From Planctomycetota bacterium (GTDB lineage Bacteria; Planctomycetota; Phycisphaerae; Phycisphaerales; SM1A02), in NCBI GenBank assembly GCA_046048055.1, contig JBJOGW010000091.1, forward strand, positions 1,227-65,226: a DNA stretch of 64,000 bases, in the 5' to 3' direction. A program made the position numbers and the translations under genes. The notes beneath the pieces are model-generated. The model was not told where the DNA came from and ran no database searches. It saw only the letters and a list, made by a program, of their open reading frames with translations. Shown piece after piece: positions 1 to 14,684 of the stretch (its first letter is position 1; the number at the start of each line of letters is the position of its first letter).

Positions 1-1
1 G

Positions 2-2716
<2,715 letters not shown>

Positions 2717-2793
2717 GCGGGATCATCGGTGGGGCTCCCGCTTCAGCCCGCGACGCCCGTCAGCCGCCGCGGAAGTCGCGATACCTTCCTCGC

Positions 2794-4791
<1,998 letters not shown>

Positions 4792-4796
4792 AACGC

Positions 4797-4825
4797 GACC
4801 GCCCCGCGGGGAGCACGGGGCGGTC
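4797..4825 (+). terminator. GC-rich hairpin just downstream of the acs stop (possible terminator, no U-tract)
   Basis: Arms gaccgccccg (4797-4806) and cggggcggtc (4816-4825) form a perfect 10-bp stem with a 9-nt loop, 6 nt after the acs stop. No T-run follows, so the call is weak. Confidence 0.3.
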
Positions 4826-5374
4826 ACCTGGCGGTCCAGGGACCGCCGTGCCATGAACGTGGGGCTCGACACCGCTCCGAGCGATCCAGCCTGCAACTGG
4901 GCCATCCCGAGGGATGGCCAGGGCCGAGGCCCTTGCCGCTGCCGTCCGCGTGATCCACGGCGGCAGGGCTCGGGCTGCATCAGGCATCCGGAGAGATGGT
5001 TCGGGACGCCATGAGCAGCGAAGTTCCTGCGTTCGGACCAGATCTTCGCGGAGCCTTGATGTCGGCCTTGCGGCCCGTCGAAGGCCTTGGCTGCCTCGAC
5101 GTTTCACATACGAACCTGGCTGATCCGCGTGAAATCAAGGCCCCACATGATTCCCAAGCCAAGGTGCGATCGCATCTTGCGGACACAGCCGCCTTGTGTT
5201 TCATGATTTGCTGATCTAGTATTCGGGCAGGGCGGCGATCCAACGGCTCCGGTTGCACGCAACGACGACTCGAGGGTTCAATGGGGCCGCCGCACCCACC
5301 CCTCGCCACCTCCCTCTGAAGCGGACGAGCCCAATCTCACGACACCGATACCGATCGACCTGCAGGAGCCACCC

Positions 5375-7660
5375 ATGAACGGCCAAAGCCTCAGCGTTGC
5401 CACACCCTCCCCATCCCAGTCCGTGGGTCGCGATCTGATCGCGGGCGTGGTGGTGTTTCTGGTCGCCCTGCCTCTCTGCCTCGGCATCGCGCTGGCCTCG
5501 GGCGCGCCCCTGCTCTCGGGACTGATCGCGGGCGTGATCGGTGGCATCCTGGTCGGAGTCCTGAGCGGATCGCACGTCAGCGTGACCGGCCCGGCGGCAG
5601 GCCTGGCCGCGATCGTGCTGGCCCAGATCGCGTCCCTCGGATCATTCGAGGCATTCCTGCTTGCCGTGTTCCTGGCGGGCGGCATCCAACTGGGCTTCGG
5701 CCTGTTCAAGGCGGGATTCCTGGCCAACTACTTCCCGACCAACGTGATCAAGGGCCTGCTGGCGGCCATCGGCGTGCTGCTGATCCTGAAGCAGGTTCCG
5801 CACCTTGTGGGTTACGACAAGGATTGGGAAGGAGACATGTCCTTCGCCTCGGGCTCCGGTGGCAACACCTTCACCGACCTGATGGCCGCCGCCGAGGCGT
5901 TCCTGCCCGGTGCCTTGCTGGTGGGACTGGTCGCGCTGGCGATCCTGGTGGTCTGGGACAGGACCCCGCTCAAGAAGACCATCGTGCCCAGCCCGCTGGT
6001 GGCGGTGGTGGTTGGAACGCTCGTCAGCGAGATGCTGGTCTGGACGGGTTCCGCGTGGCAGGTCGACGCCTCGCACCTGGTGAACGTGCCGGTGATCGGT
6101 GGCGAGAACTTCGCCTGGTTCGAGCTGCTCCGGATGCCGGACTTCACGCGCGTGTCGGATCCGGCGATCTATGTGGCGGCGGTCACGCTGGCCATCGTGG
6201 CCTCGCTGGAGACGCTGCTGAACATCGAGGCCACCGATCGGCTGGATCCGCAGCGTCGCTGGACGCCGCAGAACCGCGAACTGGTGGCTCAGGGGGTCGG
6301 CAACATGGCGGCGGGCCTGGTCGGTGGCCTGCCCATGACCTCCGTCATCGTGCGCAGTTCGGTCAACGTGAACGCCGGCTCCCGCACCAAGCTCTCCTGC
6401 ATCTTCCACGGCGTGCTGCTGCTGGGCAGCGTGGCCCTGCTGCCGGGGCTGCTCAACCGCATCCCGCTCTCCGCGCTGGCCGCGGTGCTGGTGGTGACGG
6501 GCTTCAAGCTGGCCAGCCCGCAACTGGTGCGTTCCATGTGGCGAGAGGGCACCGCGCAGTTCATCCCCTTCGCGGTCACCGTGCTGGCGATCGTGTTCAC
6601 CGACCTGCTGGTGGGCGTGCTGATCGGCCTGGCGACCAGTCTCTCCTTCATCCTCTGGTCCAACCTCAATCGTGGCTTCCGCGTCATCAAGGAGGAGCAC
6701 GTGGGCGGAGTGGTGCACCGCGTCGAGCTGGCCAACCAGGCCACCTTCCTGCACCGGGCCCATCTCAACCTGACGCTGGGCGAGTTCAAGCCCGGGGACC
6801 AGGTGCTGATCGACGCCCGCACCTGCGACTACATCGATCGCGACATCCTGACCACCATCCGCGAGTATGCCCAGGAGACCGCGCCGGGCCGGGGTGTCAA
6901 GATCAGCCTGCTGGGCTTTCAGGATCGCTACCCGCTCCGGGACCTGGTGCAGTACGTGGACGTGAGCACGCGCGAGGTGCAGTCGCAACTCACCCCCCGT
7001 CGGGTGCTGCAGGTGCTGCGCGAGGGCAATGACCGCTTCGTGTCCGGCGATCGTCTGCACCGCGACCTGGCCCGCCAGGTCGATGCCACCAGCGAAGGCC
7101 AGCACCCCATGGCGGTGGTGCTCAGCTGCATCGACTCGCGTGCTCCGGTGGAGATGCTGCTGGACCTGGGCATCGGCGACGTGTTCAGCGTGCGACTGGC
7201 CGGCAACATTCCCAGCCGCAAGGCCCTGGGCAGCATGGAGTTCGCCTGCAAGGTGGCCGGAGCCAAGCTGATCCTGGTGCTGGGCCACACCCGATGTGGC
7301 GCCGTGAAGGCGGCCTGTGACTTCGTGGGGTCCGGCGCCGACGTGGAGAAGGCCACGGGCCTGAAGAACCTGCCCTTCGTGATCGCGCCCATCGGTGACG
7401 CGGTGCGAGCCGAGACCCAGACACGGGACAACCGCACATCGGCCAACGAGGCCTTCGTCGATCGAGTGGCCCGGCTCAACGTGATTCAGGTGATGCGCCA
7501 CGTGCGGGAGAGCAGCCCGGCGCTGCGGGCCATGATCGACGCGGGACAGATCGGCATGGTCGGCGGCATGTACGACGTGAAGACTGGCCAGGTGGACTTC
7601 TTCGACCTGCCCGAAGCCGATGGGCGGCTGGCAGCGGCCGAGGTGGCGACAACGGCCTGA
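5375..7660 (+). CDS. SulP-family anion transporter fused to a STAS domain and a C-terminal beta-carbonic anhydrase
   Basis: 761 aa. The N-terminal part is a multi-TM SulP-like region (VVVFLVALPLCLGIALASGAP...). A STAS-like segment follows (HRVELANQATFLH...VLIDARTCDYIDRD). The C-terminal beta-CA carries zinc-ligand motifs CIDSRAPVE and GHTRCGAVKAAC. Confidence 0.9.
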   Translation: MNGQSLSVATPSPSQSVGRDLIAGVVVFLVALPLCLGIALASGAPLLSGLIAGVIGGILVGVLSGSHVSVTGPAAGLAAIVLAQIASLGSFEAFLLAVFLAGGIQLGFGLFKAGFLANYFPTNVIKGLLAAIGVLLILKQVPHLVGYDKDWEGDMSFASGSGGNTFTDLMAAAEAFLPGALLVGLVALAILVVWDRTPLKKTIVPSPLVAVVVGTLVSEMLVWTGSAWQVDASHLVNVPVIGGENFAWFELLRMPDFTRVSDPAIYVAAVTLAIVASLETLLNIEATDRLDPQRRWTPQNRELVAQGVGNMAAGLVGGLPMTSVIVRSSVNVNAGSRTKLSCIFHGVLLLGSVALLPGLLNRIPLSALAAVLVVTGFKLASPQLVRSMWREGTAQFIPFAVTVLAIVFTDLLVGVLIGLATSLSFILWSNLNRGFRVIKEEHVGGVVHRVELANQATFLHRAHLNLTLGEFKPGDQVLIDARTCDYIDRDILTTIREYAQETAPGRGVKISLLGFQDRYPLRDLVQYVDVSTREVQSQLTPRRVLQVLREGNDRFVSGDRLHRDLARQVDATSEGQHPMAVVLSCIDSRAPVEMLLDLGIGDVFSVRLAGNIPSRKALGSMEFACKVAGAKLILVLGHTRCGAVKAACDFVGSGADVEKATGLKNLPFVIAPIGDAVRAETQTRDNRTSANEAFVDRVARLNVIQVMRHVRESSPALRAMIDAGQIGMVGGMYDVKTGQVDFFDLPEADGRLAAAEVATTA

Positions 7661-7663
7661 TCG

Positions 7664-8449
7664 TCAGGGCATCCCGAGCGTCTTCAGGGCTGATCCCGCC
7701 AGCACCAGGGCCAGCGCGGCTCGCAGCCACACCGGCGAGATGCGTCGTGCCAGCAGGCTGCCTGCCAGCACGGCAGGGATCGAGCCGACAAGCATGCTTG
7801 CCAGCATGAAGCCGTCGACAAGGCCCATGATCAGGTAGCCCGAACCCGCCACCACCGCCAGCGGAATCGCATGGGCGAGGTCGGTGGCCACCAGCCGGTG
7901 TGGCGTCATGCGCAGCGGGTACAGGGCCAGCAGCATCACCGTGCCCAGTGCACCGGCCCCCACGCTGGTCAGTGCCACCAGCAAGCCAAGACAGGCGCCC
8001 CCTGCCACGGTCAGGGCCGGCTGGCGTCGCTTGAATCGCTCCGGATCCGCGATGCGTCGACCGCGTGCCAGGGCGTTGAGCCACGGCCCCAGCAGCAGTC
8101 CGACCGCCGTGACCATGATCACCGCTCCGATGGCCTTGGTCAGACCGTCCACTCTGGCCACTGTGGCGCCCAACGACACCAGAACCACCACACCCAAGGC
8201 CACCGGCAGGCTTCCCGCCCAGAGTCGCCGCACCACCTGCCAGTCCACGTGGCCGCCTCGATGATGAACGGGCACAGCCACCAACTTGGTGATGGCCGCG
8301 AACCACAGATCGGTTGCCACGGCCGTGGCCGGAGACACGCCGAACACCAGAAGCAGGATCGGGGTCATGAGGGCGCCTCCGCCCACGCCCGTGAGCCCAA
8401 CCACCAGTCCGGTGCAGGCACCCGCGATCGCGAAACTGGAGTCAAGCAT
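7664..8449 (-). CDS. TauE/SafE (TSUP) family sulfite/anion exporter-like membrane protein
   Basis: 261 aa and very hydrophobic. It shows the duplicated TSUP pattern (GLTGVGGGALMTPILLLVFG ... ALTSVGAGALGTVMLLALY). It lies downstream of cysQ on the same strand. Confidence 0.8.
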   Translation of the reverse strand: MLDSSFAIAGACTGLVVGLTGVGGGALMTPILLLVFGVSPATAVATDLWFAAITKLVAVPVHHRGGHVDWQVVRRLWAGSLPVALGVVVLVSLGATVARVDGLTKAIGAVIMVTAVGLLLGPWLNALARGRRIADPERFKRRQPALTVAGGACLGLLVALTSVGAGALGTVMLLALYPLRMTPHRLVATDLAHAIPLAVVAGSGYLIMGLVDGFMLASMLVGSIPAVLAGSLLARRISPVWLRAALALVLAGSALKTLGMP

Positions 8450-8487
8450 GCCGATCGCTCCGTTTCATGGCTGCACCCTCGGGCCAG

Positions 8488-9291
8488 TCAGCGGATCAGG
8501 CGGTCCAGAGGTGCCGCGCACGCCACGAACTCGGGATTTCGGACGTCAGGCTTGCCGTAGCGGAGCGGCCGGCCATCCAGCGTGCAGACCAGCCCCCCAG
8601 CCGCCTCGACCACGGCCTGCGCCGCGGCCGTGTCCCATTCGCACGTGGGTCCGAGCCGGGGATAGCAGTGCGCCGCCCCCTCAGCCACGCGACAGAACTT
8701 GAGTGAGCTGCCGGCCTGCACCAACGTGCACGGTCCCAGCCGTTCGATGAAGGCCTGCGTGGCTTCGTTCATGTGGCTCTTGCTGGCCACCACACGGAGC
8801 GGAGCCACGATGTCGCTTGCCACGCGCACGGGAGCCTGCGCGCCGCCACGCTCCACCGTGGATCCGGAACCGGCGATCCCCACGAAGCACTCGCCCAGCG
8901 CCGGCGCATGCACCACACCGGCCACGGCCACTCCCTGCCGCACCAGCGCGATGTTCACGGTGAATTCGCCGTTGCGGGCGATGAACTCCCGGGTGCCATC
9001 AAGCGGATCGATCAGCCAGAACGTTCCGGAGCCCGTGCGGTGGGCCAGCGACGCCTCATCCTCCTCGCTCACCACCGGGATGGTGGGCGTCCAGGCCGCC
9101 AAGGCCGTCACGATCACCCGGTGTGCGGCCAGGTCTGCGGCGGTCAGCGGCGAGTCGTCCGCCTTCCGCTTGATCTGGGCGGCTTCCGCCCCCCGCTCGT
9201 AAATGGCCAAGATCGCCTCTCCAGCCGCCTTGGCGATATCTGCGAGGCGGCCGGCAAGTTCCGATTCCGAGATTTCCACTTGACGCGTCAT
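8488..9291 (-). CDS. cysQ: 3'(2'),5'-bisphosphate nucleotidase (inositol monophosphatase superfamily)
   Basis: 267 aa. It has IMPase-family metal motifs (VSEED..., WLIDPLDGTREF). It sits beside the PAPS-forming cysD/cysNC genes. Confidence 0.88.
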   Translation of the reverse strand: MTRQVEISESELAGRLADIAKAAGEAILAIYERGAEAAQIKRKADDSPLTAADLAAHRVIVTALAAWTPTIPVVSEEDEASLAHRTGSGTFWLIDPLDGTREFIARNGEFTVNIALVRQGVAVAGVVHAPALGECFVGIAGSGSTVERGGAQAPVRVASDIVAPLRVVASKSHMNEATQAFIERLGPCTLVQAGSSLKFCRVAEGAAHCYPRLGPTCEWDTAAAQAVVEAAGGLVCTLDGRPLRYGKPDVRNPEFVACAAPLDRLIR

Positions 9292-9368
9292 GCAATGAGA
9301 TCAATATTTATTGCTACCATTCAACTATGAGATAGGTTATCGTGTAACTTGATCCATGCAAATGCATA
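9292..9368. promoter_or_regulatory. AT-rich divergent control region between cysQ-tauE and cysD-cysNC
   Basis: This ~77-bp stretch is conspicuously AT-rich against the GC-rich background (caatatttattgctaccattcaactatgagataggttatcgtgtaacttgatccatgcaaatgcatattgcgacaatc). It contains several CAAT/ATTG inverted pairs. It lies between divergent start codons. Confidence 0.45.
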
Positions 9369-10826
9369 TTGCGACAATCATGGAACTCGGGCATGCCTGA
9401 CCTTTGTGGCCTGAACGAGCCCAAGGTGTGGGACACCGATTCGGCGTTTCAGCACCTGAAGGCAACGGAGGGCTGTGGCAGCAAGCGAACCGCCGAGCGT
9501 CGACTGCACGCATTGGGAGTCCTGCCCGCACCGATCGCCGTCGGCGATCTCCGCGACGAGCTGGATCGACCAATCACCCGAATGCTGCTGGACTGGGAGC
9601 TTGAGGAGGCCCGCAGCAAGCGACGACTCGTGCTCTTCGCGCGATGGCACACGCTGCCCGGAGGCACCGCCTGTCTGGTGGCGCAGGATGCCCGCGGCGC
9701 CAACTTCTGGGTGCCGATGACCACCGCACAGCCGACGCAGACGGACCTCAGCCACGCGATCGAGCGCCTGCGTGATCACGCAGGCAAGCCGTTGGCCATC
9801 TTCCCGAGCGGGTCGCTGTGCGACTCGTGCCGCACCATGCAGCCGATCGAGGGCGTGCAACTGGACATGCTGGCCTATGCGCCGGTGCTGGCCATGGGAG
9901 TCTCACCACCCTCGCATCGTCGCACCAGCCACGCGTCACACCTGGACCGGCTGGAGGCCGAGAGCATCCACATCATCCGCGAGGCCGTGGCCGAGGCGGA
10001 CAACCCCGTCATGCTGCATTCGCTGGGCAAAGACAGCTCGGTCATGAGCCACCTGGCCCGCAAGGCGTTCTTTCCGGCTCCGCCCCCCTTTCCGCTGCTG
10101 CACATCGACACCCGCTGGAAATTCCGCGAGATGTACCTGTTCCGCGAGTGGATGGCGGGACAGGGCGGCTTTCGGATGCTGCGGCACGTGAATCCCGAGG
10201 CGATCGAGCGTGACATCAACCCGTTTGACCACGGCTCGCAGCTGCACACCGACATCACCAAGACCGTGGGACTGAAGCAGGCCCTGGACATGCACCGCTT
10301 CGATGTGGCCTTCGGCGGCGCCCGACGCGACGAGGAGAAGAGCCGGGCCAAGGAGCGCGTGTTCAGCTTCCGGACCGCCACGCACGCCTGGGATCCCAAG
10401 AACCAGCGACCCGAACTCTGGAACCTCTACAACGCCCGCAAGCGCCCCGGTGAAAGCATCCGGGTCTTCCCGCTGTCCAACTGGACCGAACTGGACGTGT
10501 GGAGCTACGTGCTGCGCGAGGGCATCCCCGTGGTGCCGCTGTACTTCGCCCGGGAGCGGCCCGTGGTCAACCGCGACGGCACGCTGCTGATGGTGGACGA
10601 CGACCGGATGCGCCTGCTTCCGGGCGAGCGCATCGAACGAAGACGGGTCCGGTTCCGCACCCTTGGCTGCTACCCGCTGACCGGTGCCGTGGAGTCATCG
10701 GCCACCACGCTGGAGGACATCGTGCTTGAGCTGCTGCAGTCACGGCAGTCGGAACGGCAGGGCCGCGTGATCGATCATGACTCGGCCGCCAGCATGGAGA
10801 AGAAGAAGCGCGAGGGCTACTTCTGA
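9369..10826 (+). CDS. cysD: Sulfate adenylyltransferase subunit 2 with an uncharacterised ~175-aa N-terminal extension
   Basis: The canonical CysD region starts near aa 185 ([44 protein letters not shown]...[16 protein letters not shown]) and ends KKKREGYF. In-frame alternative starts at 9867 or 9894 would give a standard ~310-aa CysD. No stop codon separates the extension from the core. Confidence 0.9.
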   Translation: MRQSWNSGMPDLCGLNEPKVWDTDSAFQHLKATEGCGSKRTAERRLHALGVLPAPIAVGDLRDELDRPITRMLLDWELEEARSKRRLVLFARWHTLPGGTACLVAQDARGANFWVPMTTAQPTQTDLSHAIERLRDHAGKPLAIFPSGSLCDSCRTMQPIEGVQLDMLAYAPVLAMGVSPPSHRRTSHASHLDRLEAESIHIIREAVAEADNPVMLHSLGKDSSVMSHLARKAFFPAPPPFPLLHIDTRWKFREMYLFREWMAGQGGFRMLRHVNPEAIERDINPFDHGSQLHTDITKTVGLKQALDMHRFDVAFGGARRDEEKSRAKERVFSFRTATHAWDPKNQRPELWNLYNARKRPGESIRVFPLSNWTELDVWSYVLREGIPVVPLYFARERPVVNRDGTLLMVDDDRMRLLPGERIERRRVRFRTLGCYPLTGAVESSATTLEDIVLELLQSRQSERQGRVIDHDSAASMEKKKREGYF

Positions 10827-12724
10827 TGGCGCGCCCCCGCAAGAAACCGGTTGCCGCGGCCGAGCCGCCGCCATCCGTGGAGGCGTTCCTGGAACGGCAG
10901 GCACGGCTGGATCTGCTGCGTTTCATCACCTGCGGGAGCGTGGATGACGGCAAGAGCACGCTCATCGGCCGGCTGCTGTGGGAGAGCCAGTTGCTCTTCG
11001 AGGACCAGATCGCGGCGCTGGAGCGGGACTCCGCGCGACACGGAACCCAGGGCCAGGAGATCGACTTCGCGCTGCTGGTGGACGGCCTGGCCGCGGAACG
11101 CGAGCAAGGCATCACCATCGACGTGGCCTATCGATTCTTCACCACCAGCCGCCGAAGTTTCATCGTGGCCGACACGCCCGGCCACGAGCAGTACACCCGC
11201 AACATGGTCACGGGGGCCAGCACCGCCGATGTGGCCGTGCTGCTGGTCGACGCACGCCAGGGCCTGCTCACGCAGACCCGCCGGCACAGTTACCTGGTCT
11301 CGCTCATGGGCATCCGGGACGTGGCCGTGGCCATCAACAAGATGGACCTGGTGGACTTTGACCCATCCGTCTTCGACCAAATCCAGGCCGAGTATCAGGC
11401 CTTCGCGGCACCCCTGGGCTTTCGGTCGATCTCCGCGATCCCCATCTCCGCGCTCCGGGGCGACAATGTCACCGAACGATCCTCGCGGACCGGGTGGTAT
11501 CGCGGCCCCACGCTCATGGCCTGGCTGGAGACCGTGCGCCCCGACCCGCCGCACCACCAGCGGTTCTGCTTTCCGGTGCAGGCGGTCAACCGACCCAGCC
11601 ACGACTTTCGCGGCGTCATGGGCACGGTGGCTGAGGGGCACGTGAGCCGTGGAGACGCGGTGCGCGTGACCGCCAGCGGCCAGACCGCACGGGTGCAGCG
11701 CATCGTGACCCTGGACGGCGATCTGGAGCGGGCGGAACGCGGACAGGCGATCACGCTCACCCTGGACCGTGAGATCGACGCCAGCCGCGGCGACGTGATC
11801 AGCTGCAGCCAGGCGATCGAGACCACCGATCAGTTCGAGGCCTCGCTGGTCTGGATGCACGGCGACCGGGGCCTGACCGGCCGCAGCTACCTGATGAAGC
11901 TGGCCACGCAGGTCACGCCCGCCTCCATCACCGCGATCAAGCACGGCGTGAACGTGAACACGCTGGCCGAGGAGCCGCGCAGCCAGCTGGAACTGAACGA
12001 CATCGCCACGTGCACCCTGGCCACGGCGCAACCCGTGGCCTTCGACGCCTACGAGCGGTCGCGCACGCTGGGTGGGTTCATCCTGATCGACCGCTTCTCG
12101 CACGCCACGGTGGCCGCGGGGATGATCCGGCACAACCTGCGGCGAGCCCAGAACGTGCACCGCCAGGCGCTCACGATCGACCAGACGGCCCGCGAGCGGC
12201 TCCATGGTCACCCGGCACGGGTCATCTGGTTCACCGGCCTCTCCGGCAGCGGCAAGAGCACCATCGCCAACGCCCTGGAGACCGCCCTGCATCGCATGGG
12301 TCGCCACACCTACATCCTGGATGGCGACAATGTCCGGCAGGGCCTCAACCGCGACCTGGGCTTCACCGAGGCCGACCGGGTGGAGAACATCCGTCGCGTG
12401 GCCGAGGTGGCCCGGCTGATGTGCGATGCGGGTCTGATCGTGATGACCAGCTTCATCTCGCCGTTCCGCGCGGAGCGCGAGATGGCCCGTGAACGGATCG
12501 GGGCGGACCGCTTCCTGGAGGTGCACGTGAGCACGTCGCTGGCGGAGTGCGAGCGCCGGGACGTGAAGGGCCTGTACCGCAAGGCTCGGCGGGGCGAACT
12601 GCCCAATCTCAGCGGCATTGGCAGCCCCTACGAGCCCCCTGACGCGCCGGACCTGGCGATCGACACCGCGGCCATCAGCGTGGATGAGGCGGTGCGGCTG
12701 CTGATTGACCGCCTCGAAGCTTGA
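10826..12724 (+). CDS. cysNC: Bifunctional sulfate adenylyltransferase subunit 1 (GTPase) / adenylyl-sulfate kinase
   Basis: 632 aa. GTPase motifs are [23 protein letters not shown] and NKMDL. The C-terminal APS kinase has P-loop [14 protein letters not shown]. The start overlaps the cysD stop (TGATG). Confidence 0.95.
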   Translation: MARPRKKPVAAAEPPPSVEAFLERQARLDLLRFITCGSVDDGKSTLIGRLLWESQLLFEDQIAALERDSARHGTQGQEIDFALLVDGLAAEREQGITIDVAYRFFTTSRRSFIVADTPGHEQYTRNMVTGASTADVAVLLVDARQGLLTQTRRHSYLVSLMGIRDVAVAINKMDLVDFDPSVFDQIQAEYQAFAAPLGFRSISAIPISALRGDNVTERSSRTGWYRGPTLMAWLETVRPDPPHHQRFCFPVQAVNRPSHDFRGVMGTVAEGHVSRGDAVRVTASGQTARVQRIVTLDGDLERAERGQAITLTLDREIDASRGDVISCSQAIETTDQFEASLVWMHGDRGLTGRSYLMKLATQVTPASITAIKHGVNVNTLAEEPRSQLELNDIATCTLATAQPVAFDAYERSRTLGGFILIDRFSHATVAAGMIRHNLRRAQNVHRQALTIDQTARERLHGHPARVIWFTGLSGSGKSTIANALETALHRMGRHTYILDGDNVRQGLNRDLGFTEADRVENIRRVAEVARLMCDAGLIVMTSFISPFRAEREMARERIGADRFLEVHVSTSLAECERRDVKGLYRKARRGELPNLSGIGSPYEPPDAPDLAIDTAAISVDEAVRLLIDRLEA

Positions 12725-12749
12725 GGCCATGCCGTACGCCCAGCGGGGG

Positions 12750-13129
<380 letters not shown>

Positions 13130-13190
13130 AGTTGTCACAGAACATCGTCAGTGTAGGCGAGATCGGACCGTCGGCGAAATGGCCGGCGGC

Positions 13191-14618
13191 TCAGCAGGCC
13201 GTGTCGGCGCTGGCCCGAAGGCGGTTCAGGCAGTTCAAGGCCGCCACCTTGTAGCACTCGGCGAAGGTGGGATAGTTGAACACCGTGCTCAGGAAGTAAT
13301 CCAGGCCCCCGCCGAGCGCCAGAACCGCCTGACCGATGTGCACCAGCTCGGTGGCCTGGCTGCCGATGCAGTGGGCCCCGAGCAGTCGCCGCGTCTCGCG
13401 GTGAAAGAGCAGTTTCAGCAGGCCTGCCTCGTCACCGCGGATCTGCCCGCGGGCGCTCTCGCTGTATCGGGCCACGCCGATCTCGTAGGGCACGCAGTCG
13501 CGGGTCAGTTCCTGCTCGTTGGCGCCCACGCTGCTCAGTTCGGGCACGGCATAGATCCCGAACGGCCAGTGGCATGCCATCCCGGGATGCGGCTCGCCGA
13601 ACATGTCGCAACTGGCGATGCGGCCCTGCTCGTAGCTGGTGGCGGCCAGGCCCGGGGAGCCGATCACGTCACCGGCCGCGTAGATCCAGGGCCTTGCGGT
13701 GCGGAACCGCTCGTCCACCCGGATCCGGCCACGCTGGTCCACCTCCAGGCCCACGGCCTGCAGGTTGAGCGACTCCACGTTGCCCGTGCGCCCGGCGCTC
13801 ACCAGCACCATGTCCGTGGCCATGCGCTTGCCGCTCCGGGTGGTCACCACCACGCGGGGCTGTCCACTTGCCGTCGTCTCGCGCGCCGCACCGGCCACCT
13901 CCTCGCCCATGCGGAAGGTGACCTGCTGCTTGCGCATCTGGTGGATCAACTCGTCCACGATCTCGTGGTCGATGAACCCCAATGGCCGCTCCACCTTGTC
14001 CATGACCGTCACCTGCACGCCCGCGTTGGCGAACATGCTTCCGTACTCGATGCCGATCACGCCGGCCCCGATGACCAGCAGCGTGCGCGGCAGTCGCGGC
14101 GCCGCCAGGATGGTGTCGCTGGTGAACACGCACTCGGGATCGGGCCTGGTGTCGCCGGGCATGATGGCCCGGCTGCCGGTGGCCACCAGCACGAAGGCGG
14201 CCTGCAGCCTTCGCACGCCTTCCGCGCCCTCCACCATCACGGCATGGTCACCCTCGAAGGAGGCCAGGCCGCTCACCACCTCGATCTCGTTGCGGTCGAA
14301 CTGGTCATGCACCACCACGCTCTCGCGCTCCACCACGCTGTGCACGCGGCTCATGAGCGCCTCCATGGTGGGTCGCACCGGCCGGGCACCGATCGAGTGC
14401 AGACTGAGCATCAGGCTGCGTCGCGTCAGGCTGCGCACGGCCTCGCGAAAGGTCTTGCTCGGGATGGTGCCCGTGGTGGTGCAGGCACCACCGACCTGGC
14501 GGCTCCGCTCCACCACGCAGACGCGCTTGCCCAGCTTGGCGGCCTGCACCGCGGCGCGTTGACCCGCCGGACCGCTTCCCAGCACCACCAGGTCGTACTC
14601 GAAGGCATCGCCGCTCAT
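13191..14618 (-). CDS. sthA: Soluble pyridine nucleotide transhydrogenase-like flavoprotein (SthA type; pyridine nucleotide-disulfide oxidoreductase family)
   Basis: 475 aa from ATG 14618 (MSGDAFEYDLVVLGSGPAGQRAA...). GGACTTTGTIPSK has Thr where lipoamide dehydrogenases carry the second redox Cys, as in SthA. Confidence 0.8.
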   Translation of the reverse strand: MSGDAFEYDLVVLGSGPAGQRAAVQAAKLGKRVCVVERSRQVGGACTTTGTIPSKTFREAVRSLTRRSLMLSLHSIGARPVRPTMEALMSRVHSVVERESVVVHDQFDRNEIEVVSGLASFEGDHAVMVEGAEGVRRLQAAFVLVATGSRAIMPGDTRPDPECVFTSDTILAAPRLPRTLLVIGAGVIGIEYGSMFANAGVQVTVMDKVERPLGFIDHEIVDELIHQMRKQQVTFRMGEEVAGAARETTASGQPRVVVTTRSGKRMATDMVLVSAGRTGNVESLNLQAVGLEVDQRGRIRVDERFRTARPWIYAAGDVIGSPGLAATSYEQGRIASCDMFGEPHPGMACHWPFGIYAVPELSSVGANEQELTRDCVPYEIGVARYSESARGQIRGDEAGLLKLLFHRETRRLLGAHCIGSQATELVHIGQAVLALGGGLDYFLSTVFNYPTFAECYKVAALNCLNRLRASADTAC

Positions 14619-14684
14619 GGGATTCGAGCATATCGGCGGCCGCAAAGGTTCACGTCGGGTACGTTGACCGGGGAGAATCCGCGC

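Noticed and set aside
5642-7501. 619-aa minus-strand ORF antisense to the SulP-CA gene
   Set aside because: Its composition is His/Gly/Arg/Gln/Asp-rich and low-complexity, with no motifs. It is fully overlapped by a plus-strand gene with clear SulP, STAS and beta-CA motifs. This is a typical GC-driven shadow ORF.
13150-13178. Possible ssrA promoter (TTCGCC-N17-TACACT on the minus strand)
   Set aside because: It matches only 3/6 and 4/6 of the sigma-70 consensus in a lineage whose promoter consensus I do not know. This is too weak to report as a feature.
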